From contig CAWBCT010000005.1 of assembly GCA_963787445.1 (NCBI GenBank), forward strand, positions 492,764 to 556,763: a stretch of DNA of 64,000 bases, read 5' to 3'. The position numbers and the translations under genes are program-made. This stretch comes from an uncultured archaeon. Its GTDB lineage: Archaea; Micrarchaeota; Micrarchaeia; Micrarchaeales; CABMGC01. This document shows, one piece after another, positions 52,113 through 61,317 of the stretch. The notes under the pieces are model-generated. The model saw nothing but the letters and a program-made list of their open reading frames with translations, was not told where the DNA came from and made no database searches. Numbering within the stretch: position 1 is the stretch's first letter; each line of letters begins with the position of its first letter.

Positions 52113-54791
52113 ATGCTTAAGGGAGTCTCACTCAACAAAAAAGAGCTGAGAAAGGAGTTTGCCAAGGACTACAAATCTTATTATACTACTAGCGTGTTTG
52201 AGAATGAAGGCTTCAAGCGGCATGTGTGCAAGGCCTGCGGAAAGGGCTTCTGGAGCATAATGGACAGGGAGATCTGCGACGACTCGGAGCACACGCCCTA
52301 CTCATTTTTCAAGGAGAAGCCGAAGCAGATGGGCTACGTTGAGCTCTGGAGGAAGTTCTCCAAGTTCTTCGAGGAGAACGGTCATGCCTCAATACCGCGC
52401 TATCCTGTGGTGAGTAGATGGCGCCAGGATCTTTACTTCACGATTGCCAGCATACAGGACTTCCAGCGTCTAGAGAATGGCGCGATGAACTTCGAGTACA
52501 GCGCAAATCCTCTGGTTGTTCCGCAGATCTGCCTAAGGTTTCCAGATATTGAGAACGTCGGGGTGACGGGCAGGCACCTCACAAGCTTCATGATGGCCGG
52601 GCAGCACGCATTTAACTATCCCAAGGAGGGCTACTGGATCGACAAGACGATTGACCTGAACTACCGATTCCTTACCGAGCACCTCGGCGTGAAGAAGGAG
52701 AAGCTGATTTACAATGAAGACGTATGGGCGATGGGTGACTTCTCCGAGTTCGGGCCCTCCCTTGAGTCCTTCTCCGGCGGCGTAGAGCTCGCAAACAGCG
52801 TTTTCACCCAGTTCGAAAGCGTAAACGGCCAGGTCCACGAGCTTCCGGGCAAGGTTGTGGACGTAGGCTGGGGCTTCGAAAGACTACTCTGGTTCTACAC
52901 CGGCCATGACAACATATACGAGGCCGTATTCAGCGACGCCATCTCGAAGATCAGGAAGAAGCTGCCTTTCGAGCTTGAGACCAAGCTGTTCCACACCTTT
53001 GCGGAGTACGCAGGCGAACTTGACGTGACAGAGACAGACACCTACAAGGAGAAGCTCCACGCCGCGCTCAAGAAGGCGGGGATTAGCGAGAAGGAGTACG
53101 CAATCAAGATAAAGCCGATGCAGGCATTCTACGCAACGCTCGACCATACGCGCACACTGCTTTTTGCAATGGCGGACGGTGCGCTGCCTTCAAACATGGG
53201 CGGCGGATACAACCTGCGCGTGATACTCCGCAGGGCACTGGGTTTCATAGGCGAGCACAACCTCGGAATCGACATGATGGAGATTGCGGAGCTGCAGGCC
53301 TCAGAGCTGAAGGGACTTTATCCTGAACTGAAGCAGAATCTGGACATACTCTCGAAGGTCATAGACGTCGAGTCAAAGCGCTACACCAAGACCATCGAGA
53401 ACTCAAGCAAGATGATAAACACACTGCTTCACAAGAGCCAGCAGATAAGCAAGCAGGAGCTGCGCACACTCTACGAGAGCCATGGAGTAACGCCTGAATT
53501 GATTGCATCTGTTGCAGCAAAAGAAAATCTCAAGATAACACTGCCCGACGGTGCCTATGGGGGAATAATGAAAGGCGACTTCGCAGCCAAGGAGAAGGTG
53601 AAGAAGCTAGACCTTGAGATAAAGGAGAAGTTGCCAGGCACGGAACAGCTTTACTACGCTTTCGAGTCCGAGTCAAACTCGAAAGTGCTCTATGTCAACG
53701 ACAAGTACGTTGTCCTTGACCGAACGCCATTTTATCCTGAAGGGGGAGGGCAGGCAGCCGATCATGGCACGATAAACGACCAGGAAGTAGTCGATGTTCA
53801 GAAGTTGGGCAACCTCATAGTCCACGTCATGAAAGTCTCGCCGAACAGCTCCATCACAAAAGGCTGGGTCGGAAAATGCAAGGTTGATACCGACAGGAGG
53901 GACAGACTGATGGCCCACCACACTGCGACACACCTGATAAGCGCGGCTGCAAGATACGTTCTGGGCAAGCACGCATGGCAGGAGGGTGCGCACAAGGATG
54001 CGGACAAGGCGCACATTGACATTGCACACTTCGACAAGCTAAGCGACCAGGATGTCGACGCCATCGAGCATCATGCAAATCACCTTCTGCTCAAGGGGAT
54101 AAACGTCGAAGTCAAGGAGATGGACCGCGGCGATGCCGAAAAGGATTATGGATTCAGCATCTATCAGGGCCACGGAGTTCCTGCAAAGCGCATGAGAATA
54201 GTAGTGATAACCGGAAAGGATGGCAAGCTGATAGACGCGGAGGCCTGCGGTGGGATGCACGTGGTCGCAAGGGAGAGCGGCATCGGCCTGATAAAGATAA
54301 TCAACAGCTCAAGAATACACGACGGCGTCGACAGGATAGAGTTCGTTGCCGGAAAGGCGGCCCTGGATTACTTCCAGAAAGAGCACAAGGAGCTTACGCT
54401 AGACGGAGAACTCACCAATGGGGATAGATTTGATGTCCACTCAAAGATAGAAAAACTGCGCTCAGATTACTCACAGCTTAACAAGTCTGTTCAAGAGAAA
54501 GATGAGCTACTGGCGCGCGTAATCGCCGGTGAATTAATTGCCGAAGCCGGCAAGTCCACCGAGTTCAAGGTCGAAAGGAGCGAAGATCGTGCTGTACTTC
54601 GCAAGGCGCTCTCAATAGCAGTTCAAGAAAAACCGCACCTGACAATCCTGGCTCACAACAAGAAAGGCGAGGTTGTGTGTATGTCTGGCACTTCTTCCAA
54701 GGTTAGCGCAATAGAGTTTGTTAAGAAGACTCTCGGCAAGGACTTCAAAGGCGGAGGCTCCAAGGTCATCGCAGAGGGAATAAGCAAGTAG
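52113..54791 (+). CDS. alaS: alanine--tRNA ligase (archaeal type)
   Basis: 892 aa. It has the class II core, the editing-domain HHTATHL...CGGMHV, and a C-terminal DHHA1-like part. GGTG lies 5 nt upstream of the ATG. Confidence 0.95.
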   Translation: MLKGVSLNKKELRKEFAKDYKSYYTTSVFENEGFKRHVCKACGKGFWSIMDREICDDSEHTPYSFFKEKPKQMGYVELWRKFSKFFEENGHASIPRYPVVSRWRQDLYFTIASIQDFQRLENGAMNFEYSANPLVVPQICLRFPDIENVGVTGRHLTSFMMAGQHAFNYPKEGYWIDKTIDLNYRFLTEHLGVKKEKLIYNEDVWAMGDFSEFGPSLESFSGGVELANSVFTQFESVNGQVHELPGKVVDVGWGFERLLWFYTGHDNIYEAVFSDAISKIRKKLPFELETKLFHTFAEYAGELDVTETDTYKEKLHAALKKAGISEKEYAIKIKPMQAFYATLDHTRTLLFAMADGALPSNMGGGYNLRVILRRALGFIGEHNLGIDMMEIAELQASELKGLYPELKQNLDILSKVIDVESKRYTKTIENSSKMINTLLHKSQQISKQELRTLYESHGVTPELIASVAAKENLKITLPDGAYGGIMKGDFAAKEKVKKLDLEIKEKLPGTEQLYYAFESESNSKVLYVNDKYVVLDRTPFYPEGGGQAADHGTINDQEVVDVQKLGNLIVHVMKVSPNSSITKGWVGKCKVDTDRRDRLMAHHTATHLISAAARYVLGKHAWQEGAHKDADKAHIDIAHFDKLSDQDVDAIEHHANHLLLKGINVEVKEMDRGDAEKDYGFSIYQGHGVPAKRMRIVVITGKDGKLIDAEACGGMHVVARESGIGLIKIINSSRIHDGVDRIEFVAGKAALDYFQKEHKELTLDGELTNGDRFDVHSKIEKLRSDYSQLNKSVQEKDELLARVIAGELIAEAGKSTEFKVERSEDRAVLRKALSIAVQEKPHLTILAHNKKGEVVCMSGTSSKVSAIEFVKKTLGKDFKGGGSKVIAEGISK

Positions 54792-54799
54792 TTGATTGA

Positions 54800-55312
54800 T
54801 TGGACTTTTACGCTATTCTTTTTTCAGTAATAATCTTTCCCATAATCTACATCTTTCCTGCCTATGTCGCCAACGGGGCGCCTGTGATCTTCGGTGGGGG
54901 AACTCCTGTAGACTTCAACCGGAAGTTCAGGGGCAAACCGATATTCGGCAAGCACAAGACGATGCGAGGGCTTGTATTCGGAATAGCTTCGGGAGTAGTG
55001 ATAGGTGCTGCAGAGTCTCTAGCCCCAGGATATTCTTACATGCTAATAATAGGGGTAGCTCTAAGCATAGGCACCCTCTTCGGCGACATGGTCGGCAGCT
55101 TCATCAAGCGCCGCCTGGGCCACAAGGAGGGCGCCAACATCTTCCTCATGGACCAGTACCTATTCCTGGTATTTGCGCTGCTTTTTGCCTACCCCCTTGG
55201 CAACTTTCCTAGCATCTACGGCATACTCTTCATAGTTGCCCTGACTGGGGTGCTGCATGTAGCCACAAACCGCCTGGCCCACAAGGCCAAGATAAAGGAA
55301 GTGCCCTGGTAG
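54800..55312 (+). CDS. carS: CDP-archaeol synthase (CarS, DUF46)
   Basis: FPAYVANGAPVIFGGGTPVDFNRKFRGKPIFGKHKTMRG is the CarS signature region. 170 aa, with 5 TM helices and a TTG start. Confidence 0.8.
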   Translation: MDFYAILFSVIIFPIIYIFPAYVANGAPVIFGGGTPVDFNRKFRGKPIFGKHKTMRGLVFGIASGVVIGAAESLAPGYSYMLIIGVALSIGTLFGDMVGSFIKRRLGHKEGANIFLMDQYLFLVFALLFAYPLGNFPSIYGILFIVALTGVLHVATNRLAHKAKIKEVPW

Positions 55313-55342
55313 ATAGAATAACATCGGCGCTTTGAAGAAAGG

Positions 55343-55350
55343 AATATATA
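55343..55350 (+). promoter_or_regulatory. TATA box ahead of the rnp1/ribosomal protein operon
   Basis: aatatata lies about 42 nt upstream of the rnp1 ATG (55389), inside the N-terminal extension of the track ORF. This supports the shorter start. Confidence 0.35.
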
Positions 55351-55388
55351 CCTTTCAGGGCAATCTATACCTACAAACAGTTAGTGGT

Positions 55389-55688
55389 ATGGAGTACAAT
55401 AATCAGAATATTGTTCTCCATGAGCTGATTGGCCTCAAGGCAAGGGTCTTAAAGTCCCTTGACAAGAAGCAACGTGGCGTCTCCGGCATAGTTGTCGATG
55501 AGACGAAGAACACCCTCGTGCTTGAGACACGGGAAGGCAAAAAGTCGGTAATAAAGAAAACTTCGATTTTCAGGTTTTACGCCGGCAAAAATGCCTTCAA
55601 CGTCGATGGCAGAGAGATAAGCTTCAGGCCGTATGAGCGCATTGAGAAAGGTCTCAAGTACTACAGGAAAAGAGCTACGCTGTGCTAA
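55389..55688 (+). CDS. rnp1: RNase P protein component 1 (Rpp29 family)
   Basis: HELIGLKARVLKSLDKKQRGVSGIVVDETKNTLVLE is the conserved Rpp29 core. It occupies the classical position upstream of S17. Confidence 0.8.
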   Translation: MEYNNQNIVLHELIGLKARVLKSLDKKQRGVSGIVVDETKNTLVLETREGKKSVIKKTSIFRFYAGKNAFNVDGREISFRPYERIEKGLKYYRKRATLC

Positions 55689-55996
55689 AACAGCCATATA
55701 ACGGTGCGAATGTGGAATGCAAGGATGTGAAATGCCCTATTCATGGCGCTCTCTCGACGAGAGGAGCCAAGCTTTCGGGCAAGGTGGTCAGCGCCCGCGC
55801 AAAGAAGACCGCCATAGTCGAGATCGACTACACCCGTTTTATCTACAAATACGAACGTTACCTGAGGAAGCGTTCACGTATTCCTGCCTACAACCCTGAG
55901 TGCATCAGCGCCAAGGAAGGAGACCTGGTCAACATCGAGGAGACAAGGCGTCTGAGCAAGACGAAGTCCTTCGTGGTGACCGGCCTGGTGAAGTGA
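55682..55996 (+). CDS. rps17: 30S ribosomal protein uS17
   Basis: CPIHGALSTRGAKLSGKVVSARAKKTAIVE...RLSKTKSFVV. The start is GTG and overlaps rnp1 by 7 nt. Confidence 0.85.
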   Translation: MLKQPYNGANVECKDVKCPIHGALSTRGAKLSGKVVSARAKKTAIVEIDYTRFIYKYERYLRKRSRIPAYNPECISAKEGDLVNIEETRRLSKTKSFVVTGLVK

Positions 55997-56000
55997 TATT

Positions 56001-56405
56001 ATGCGAGGAATCCCGTCAAGAACAATGAAAACGCTCGTCCCGGGCGCAGTGCTAGTGTGCGCGGACAACAGCGGGGCCTACGAATTCCGCATGATACACA
56101 TAATCGGCAAGGGAGGCGGCGGACGTCACGGAAAGCTCGCCGCAGCCGGCATCGGAGACATTATTTCAGCAAGCGTCCGAAAGGGCACTGCAACATACCT
56201 GAAGAAGCCTGTACGCGTAGTCGTTGTCAGGCAGAGAGCGGCACTCAGACGTGCAAACGGGATGAGGATCCGCTTCGAGGACAATGCAGGAATCATGATA
56301 ACAGACGAGAACCTGCCCATCGGCACAGAGGTAAAGGGTGCGATAGCGCGCGAGGTAGTCGAGCGCTTCGTGAAGGTCGCGGGAATCGCGGCCAGGATTG
56401 TGTGA
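56001..56405 (+). CDS. rpl14: 50S ribosomal protein uL14
   Basis: LVCADNSGA...GDIISASVRKG...AGIMITDEN. GTGAT lies 3 nt upstream of the ATG. Confidence 0.95.
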   Translation: MRGIPSRTMKTLVPGAVLVCADNSGAYEFRMIHIIGKGGGGRHGKLAAAGIGDIISASVRKGTATYLKKPVRVVVVRQRAALRRANGMRIRFEDNAGIMITDENLPIGTEVKGAIAREVVERFVKVAGIAARIV

Positions 56406-56410
56406 TATTT

Positions 56411-56776
56411 ATGCTGCAGAGCGCGCAAAGGAGGAAGCAGAGGCTGTACAGGTTCACTGCCCCTATGCACGTTCGCCAGAAGTTCACCCATTCCCATATT
56501 TCAAAGGATCTTGCCAAGAAGCTAGGCATAAAGAGGAGGAGCGCGCAGACGCACAAGGGCGACACGGTCATCGTGATGGCCGGCGCAAACAAGGGCAAGA
56601 CCGGAAAGATAAATCTGGTAAACACAAGGACAGGAATCATATTCATTGACGGGATAATGCGCAAGAACGCGAAGGGCAAGGAGCAGCCCATCCCGATAAA
56701 GGCTTCAGCAGTTTACATAACCGAGATGGACCTGGCGGACAAGTACCGCAAGGAGAAGCTCGGAATAAAGTCCTGA
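56411..56776 (+). CDS. rpl24: 50S ribosomal protein uL24
   Basis: HKGDTVIVMAGANKGKTGKI is the KOW motif. I used the internal ATG 56411 of track ORF 56057-56776, with GTGAT 4 nt upstream. Confidence 0.9.
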   Translation: MLQSAQRRKQRLYRFTAPMHVRQKFTHSHISKDLAKKLGIKRRSAQTHKGDTVIVMAGANKGKTGKINLVNTRTGIIFIDGIMRKNAKGKEQPIPIKASAVYITEMDLADKYRKEKLGIKS

Positions 56777-56780
56777 TACC

Positions 56781-57452
56781 ATGGCAAACAAAGGAGGAAG
56801 AAGGCACATCTTGAGGCTCGCTTCGAGCAAGTACATGAAGCTAGCCAGGAAGTCCGCGCCCTACGTGATGAAGCCCAAGCCGGGCCGCCACACCCTAGAC
56901 TCAAGCATCTCCATTTCAACAGTCCTGAGAGAAAAGCTCCACGTCGCCCAGAACCTCCGAGAGGCGGAACTCATGATGCGCGCCGGCTCTGTCAAGGTAA
57001 ACGGCAAGGTGATCAAGTCAGCCAACTACCCTGTCGGGTTCGGAGACGCAATAGAGCTCGTCCCAACCAAGGAGCAGTATCACGTTTCAGTGATGAAGGC
57101 GGGCGCATTCGCCCTCACGAAGAGCAAGGAGCACCAGCACTTCAAGATAATCAGAAAGTATGTCACAAAGGGAAGCAAACTTATGATCCAGCTGCATGAC
57201 GGCACCGTGCTTCCGGGCACCAAGGAGATGCGCGTGAACGACACGGTGAGCCTGAAGTCGGGCAAGGCCGAGCACGTGATCCACATGGAGAACGGCAAGG
57301 AGTGCTTCGTCATGAAGGGAACCCACGCTTCAGAAACAGGAACAATCAAGCAGATAAACCTCGGAACATCGCAGAAGTCGGCTCTCGTTAAAATCGAGGG
57401 CAGCTCTGGTGAGTTCGAGACGCTGCTCGATAACATAATGGTTGTTGGTTAA
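56781..57452 (+). CDS. rps4e: 30S ribosomal protein eS4
   Basis: GGRRHILRLASSKYMKLARK, then S4 RNA-binding and KOW-like regions, at the operon position expected for S4e. Confidence 0.9.
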   Translation: MANKGGRRHILRLASSKYMKLARKSAPYVMKPKPGRHTLDSSISISTVLREKLHVAQNLREAELMMRAGSVKVNGKVIKSANYPVGFGDAIELVPTKEQYHVSVMKAGAFALTKSKEHQHFKIIRKYVTKGSKLMIQLHDGTVLPGTKEMRVNDTVSLKSGKAEHVIHMENGKECFVMKGTHASETGTIKQINLGTSQKSALVKIEGSSGEFETLLDNIMVVG

Positions 57453-57453
57453 A

Positions 57454-57969
57454 ATGGCAGATAATCCGATGCTTCAAATATATCTTGACAAGGTAGTCAT
57501 CAACATAGGCATAGGCCAGAACGAGAACCAGCTCGAGAACGCAAAGGCGCTGATAAAGAAGCTGACAAACCGCGACGCCGGCACCACCGTGTCGAAGCGC
57601 AGGGACCCGGAACTCAAGCTGAGGAAGGGCCAGCACATAGGCGCGGTCTCGACGCTGAGAAAGGACGAGGCAAAGGATCTGCTTAAGAGGGCTCTGGACG
57701 CAAACAACAACCTGATAACGAGAAATGCTATTGCGGGCAACTCTGTGAATTTCGGGGTAAAAGAGTACATCTACTTCACAGGAGTCAAGTACGATCCCAA
57801 GATCGGAATTCTCGGAATGAACATAAACGCCGCATTCGCCAGGAAGGGCGGACGAACAGCGCACAGGAAGCGCCGGGCGAGCACCCCGGGAGTGCACCAC
57901 AGCAGGATAAAGCGCGAGGAGATCCTCAAGTACCTTGAGGACAACTTCAAGGTGAAGGTTCAGGAATAG
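57454..57969 (+). CDS. rpl5: 50S ribosomal protein uL5
   Basis: KVVINIGIGQ...NFGVKEYIYFTGVKYDPKIGILGMNI. The ATG lies directly after the S4e stop. Confidence 0.9.
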   Translation: MADNPMLQIYLDKVVINIGIGQNENQLENAKALIKKLTNRDAGTTVSKRRDPELKLRKGQHIGAVSTLRKDEAKDLLKRALDANNNLITRNAIAGNSVNFGVKEYIYFTGVKYDPKIGILGMNINAAFARKGGRTAHRKRRASTPGVHHSRIKREEILKYLEDNFKVKVQE

Positions 57970-57977
57970 TGATATTT

Positions 57978-58133
57978 ATGCAGGTAAGTTTTGACGATAA
58001 ACTCAAGGGCCGCGGCAACAGGAAGTGCAGGCTGTGCGGAACCTCCCGAGGGCTCATACGCAGCTACAACCTGAGAATATGCAGGCGCTGTTTCCGTGAG
58101 GCCGCGAGGGACCTGGGCTTCGAGAAGTATTAG
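57978..58133 (+). CDS. rps14: 30S ribosomal protein uS14 (zinc-binding short form)
   Basis: Own translation: MQVSFDDKLKGRGNRKCRLCGTSRGLIRSYNLRICRRCFREAARDLGFEKY (CxxC...CxxC). It is below the ORF-track size cutoff. GTGAT lies 4 nt upstream. Confidence 0.85.
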   Translation: MQVSFDDKLKGRGNRKCRLCGTSRGLIRSYNLRICRRCFREAARDLGFEKY

Positions 58134-58141
58134 TGGTTATA

Positions 58142-58522
58142 ATGGACATTCTATCAGACGTATTGAACCAGATAAAGGTCGCCGAGATCTACGGTGCATA
58201 TGAGTGCACGGTGCCGTCGACCAAGCTGATACGATCCGTGCTCGAGACCATGAAGAAGCACAAGTACATCGAGGACTTCACCCCGCTCAAGGAGGGCAAG
58301 TTCGACAAGCTGAAGGTAAAGCTTTCAAAGAAGATCAACGACCTGGGCACAATCAAGCCTCGCTACGCCGTAGGGGCGCGCGATTTCACTAAGTTCGAGA
58401 TGAGATACATCCCGAGCAAGGATTTCGGCATCCTGATCGTCTCGACGCCCCAGGGCATAATGACGAACCACGAGGCCATGGCCGCGAAGACGGGCGGCAG
58501 GCTGATAGCCTACATGTACTGA
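58142..58522 (+). CDS. rps8: 30S ribosomal protein uS8
   Basis: DILSDVLNQIKVAE...GILIVSTPQGIMT. ATG 58142 is preceded by GTGGT. Confidence 0.9.
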   Translation: MDILSDVLNQIKVAEIYGAYECTVPSTKLIRSVLETMKKHKYIEDFTPLKEGKFDKLKVKLSKKINDLGTIKPRYAVGARDFTKFEMRYIPSKDFGILIVSTPQGIMTNHEAMAAKTGGRLIAYMY

Positions 58523-58531
58523 CTGATTAAC

Positions 58532-59056
58532 ATGCACGAACTTACCATACCAACTGGTGTCCAGGTCGGAATCAACGAGAACGTTGTCTCCATCAAGGGC
58601 AAGCTTGGCTCCACCTCAAAGGCGTTCAACACGAGGCTGGTGGTAATCAAGATGGACGCAGGGAAGCTCTCCATAACCGAGGGGCCCAACAAGAAGCTGG
58701 TCAAGCGCGCAGGATACGCAACAAAGGCATTCGCTTCAGAGCTTCAGACCGCGATGGAAGGAGTCCAGGCGGGAATCACAAGAAAGATGGTAATATTCTA
58801 CGCTCACTTCCCGATGACCATTGAGGTCAAGGGCAAGAAGATCTTCATAAAGAACATCTTCGGAGAGAAGACCGCGCGTGAAACCAGCATAGTCGGCGAC
58901 ACGACGGTAGAGATCAAGGGTGCAGACATCACCGTCAAGGGTGTGGACCGCTACGACGTGGGCCAGACCATCGGCAACATAAGGAAGGCATGCTTCGCAA
59001 GGGGCAACGACACGAGGGTGTTCCAGGACGGGGCATACGTCGCAAAGGAGGAATAA
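58532..59056 (+). CDS. rpl6: 50S ribosomal protein uL6
   Basis: IPTGVQVGINENVVSIKGKLG...YAHFPM, the two-domain uL6 pattern. Confidence 0.9.
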   Translation: MHELTIPTGVQVGINENVVSIKGKLGSTSKAFNTRLVVIKMDAGKLSITEGPNKKLVKRAGYATKAFASELQTAMEGVQAGITRKMVIFYAHFPMTIEVKGKKIFIKNIFGEKTARETSIVGDTTVEIKGADITVKGVDRYDVGQTIGNIRKACFARGNDTRVFQDGAYVAKEE

Positions 59057-59057
59057 A

Positions 59058-59414
59058 ATGAACGTTAAAAGAAAGGTAAGGTTTGTAGTGCCCAATCTGG
59101 GTGCAAAGTCACGCAAGGGCGTCAAGGACAGATGGCGCCACCAGAGGGGCATCGACAACCACAAGCGCGAGAAGCGCGGCGGCTACGGCGAGATGCCACG
59201 AATAGGTTGGAAGAACACCCGCGAACAGCGCAACCTCGGAGCGGACGGGAGAGCGCGCATACTCGTACACAACCGGGCGGAGCTGATGGAAGCGGTAAAG
59301 ATGCCCAATGTTTCAATAATATTCTCAAAGACGCTTTCAGCAAGGTCAAGAATTGCACTTCAGTCAGATGCGGACAAGCACGGCGCAAAGGTAGCCAATA
59401 GGGTGAAACAATGA
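59058..59414 (+). CDS. rpl32e: 50S ribosomal protein eL32
   Basis: WRHQRGIDNHKREKRGGYGEMPRIGW. GGAGG lies upstream of the ATG. Confidence 0.9.
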   Translation: MNVKRKVRFVVPNLGAKSRKGVKDRWRHQRGIDNHKREKRGGYGEMPRIGWKNTREQRNLGADGRARILVHNRAELMEAVKMPNVSIIFSKTLSARSRIALQSDADKHGAKVANRVKQ

Positions 59415-59908
59415 CGATTAAATTTGCAAGGCGCGTAGCAGCAGAGATCACAAAGAGGGGAGTGAACTCGATACGCATAGCGCCCACAAAGATGGAGGAC
59501 GTCAAGAAGGCGATGACCCGGGACGACGTCCGCAAACTGATCAAGGACGGATCCATAGTGGCGGTACTTCCAAAGCACAACGTCAGCCAGAACTCAAAGG
59601 ACCTTAAGATAAGAAGGAGCAAGGGAAGGGGCAGAGGGCCCGGACACAGAAAGGGAACGTTCAAGGCCAGGCAGGGAGACACGCTCTGGATAAAGAAGGC
59701 GCGCTCGCAGAGGATGCTCCTGAAGAAGCTCCGCTCGATGGGCAAGATAGACCGGCAGACCTTCAATTCATACTACATGAGGATAAAGGGAAACAGCTTC
59801 TCGGACAAGGCCTCCCTGCTTCTCCACCTGAAGGAGAATGGGTTTGCGGTAAGCGAGGCGGAGCTTGCCGAGATAAAGGCGTTCGTGAAGGAGCAGTACA
59901 ACAAGTGA
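59411..59908 (+). CDS. rpl19e: 50S ribosomal protein eL19
   Basis: RVAAEITKRGVNSIRI...GRGRGPGHRKG. There is an ATGA overlap with L32e, and GGTGA lies upstream. Confidence 0.9.
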   Translation: MTIKFARRVAAEITKRGVNSIRIAPTKMEDVKKAMTRDDVRKLIKDGSIVAVLPKHNVSQNSKDLKIRRSKGRGRGPGHRKGTFKARQGDTLWIKKARSQRMLLKKLRSMGKIDRQTFNSYYMRIKGNSFSDKASLLLHLKENGFAVSEAELAEIKAFVKEQYNK

Positions 59909-59912
59909 TGAT

Positions 59913-60482
59913 ATGGTAGTTAGAAAGAACATAGGATTCAAGAGGCGACGCCAGGCGCTCACGAACTACCGCAAGAGGCTTGCACTGGTCAAGAGCAACG
60001 TCGAGAGGATTGCGCTCCGCAGGTCAAACAGGAGGATAATCGCAGAGGTCATCAGGTACGAGCCAACAGGGGACAAGATAGTTGCCTATGTTGACTCAAA
60101 CCAGCTCGCCGCATTCAGCTGGCCTGCGCGCAGCAACCGCTCGACAGCCTACCTAACAGGACTTCTGCTCGCGAAGACGCTGGCGAAGAAGCAGCTGAAC
60201 AGGAACGATTACATACTTGACATAGGATTGAGCTCACCGGTGAAGAACTCGACGCCTTTCACCTTCGCAAAGGGGTGCATAGACGGCGGGATAAAGCTGC
60301 GCTCTGGGGTGGAGGTGGACGAGAAGGTCTACGGACTGGTCAGCGCCTACTCAACCCAGCTGAAGAAAGACGACGATGCAACCTACAAGAAGCAGTTCAG
60401 CGCTTACCTAAAGGACGGCATCGCGCCGGAGACGCTCGAGCATCTCTTTAAGCAGACCAAGGAAAAAATAATGAAGTCGTGA
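59913..60482 (+). CDS. rpl18: 50S ribosomal protein uL18
   Basis: FKRRRQALTNYRKRLALV...RRSNRRIIAEV. GTGAT lies 3 nt upstream. Confidence 0.9.
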   Translation: MVVRKNIGFKRRRQALTNYRKRLALVKSNVERIALRRSNRRIIAEVIRYEPTGDKIVAYVDSNQLAAFSWPARSNRSTAYLTGLLLAKTLAKKQLNRNDYILDIGLSSPVKNSTPFTFAKGCIDGGIKLRSGVEVDEKVYGLVSAYSTQLKKDDDATYKKQFSAYLKDGIAPETLEHLFKQTKEKIMKS

Positions 60483-60486
60483 TATT

Positions 60487-61134
60487 TTGGCAATGGAAAT
60501 GGATGAGTATTCAGACGAGCAGGCATGGAACCCCAAGACAAAGGTAGGAAAGCTAGTGCAGGGGGGCCAGATACGCAGCATCGAGGAGATCTCGGCCAGC
60601 GGGAAGACCATCAAGGAGGTGGGCATAGTCGATGCGCTCATCCCCAAACTTGAGGACAAGGTGCTTGAGATCGCCTCAGTCCAGAGAATGACGAAGAACA
60701 AGAGAAGGCAGAAGTTCAGGGTCACCGTGGTGGTCGGGGACAGGAACGGCCACGTGGGAATCGGAGTGGGCAAGGACCTGGAAGTCAAGCCCGCCATCGA
60801 GACCGCGATCAAGGACGCAAAGAGGAATATCATTTCAATAACCTTGGGCTGCGGCTCCTGGGAGTGCAACTGCGGGACAAACCACACCCTGCCGCTCACC
60901 AGGTCTGCAAAGTGCGGCAGCGTCGCCGTCACGCTTAAGCCTGCTCCAAGGGGAGTCGGCATAGTCGCCGCGGAGACGATGAAGTCGGTGCTCGAGCTCG
61001 CGGGAGTGAAGGACGTCTGGACCTATTCCAGGGGCAGGACGAGAAACATCTACAACATCTCCATGGCCACCTACGAGGCGCTGAAGAGCGTCGCCGGGAT
61101 AAAGAACTCGGAAACCCTCAAAGCCCTCCAGTAA
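60487..61134 (+). CDS. rps5: 30S ribosomal protein uS5
   Basis: VQRMTKNKRRQKFRVTVVVGDRNGHVGIGVGK...APRGVGIVA. TTG 60487 keeps the 3-nt spacing from GTGAT that the neighbouring genes show. An alternative ATG lies at 60493. Confidence 0.9.
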   Translation: MAMEMDEYSDEQAWNPKTKVGKLVQGGQIRSIEEISASGKTIKEVGIVDALIPKLEDKVLEIASVQRMTKNKRRQKFRVTVVVGDRNGHVGIGVGKDLEVKPAIETAIKDAKRNIISITLGCGSWECNCGTNHTLPLTRSAKCGSVAVTLKPAPRGVGIVAAETMKSVLELAGVKDVWTYSRGRTRNIYNISMATYEALKSVAGIKNSETLKALQ

Positions 61135-61161
61135 TTCTGATCTGCGCCGCTGAGGATAATC

Positions 61162-61169
61162 TTATAAAT
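61162..61169 (+). promoter_or_regulatory. TATA box of tRNA-His
   Basis: ttataaat is centred about 30 nt upstream of the mature tRNA 5' end. Confidence 0.45.
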
Positions 61170-61195
61170 CAGCTTCGCGTATTACTCCTTGAAGT

Positions 61196-61266
61196 GCCTC
61201 AGTGGTGTAGCGGCAGCATAAGGGGTTGTGGACCCCTAGGTCCGGGTTCGACCCCCGGCTAAGGCC
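61196..61266 (+). tRNA. tRNA-His (GTG)
   Basis: Anticodon stem AGGGG/CCCCT with loop TTGTGGA, T stem CCGGG/CCCGG with loop TTCGACC, 4-nt variable loop, discriminator C. The acceptor GCCTCAG/CTAAGGC has one C5-A68 mismatch. Position -1 is T, not G. Confidence 0.7.
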
Positions 61267-61317
61267 TTCTCTCACTCAATCTTAAAAACCTTCCCATTCT
61301 ATTAGATATGTGATAAA

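Noticed and set aside
56057-56410. The long N-terminal part of track ORF 56057-56776.
   Set aside because: This segment is an alternate frame of rpl14 and is R/G-rich. The genuine uL24 starts at ATG 56411 with a GTGAT SD.
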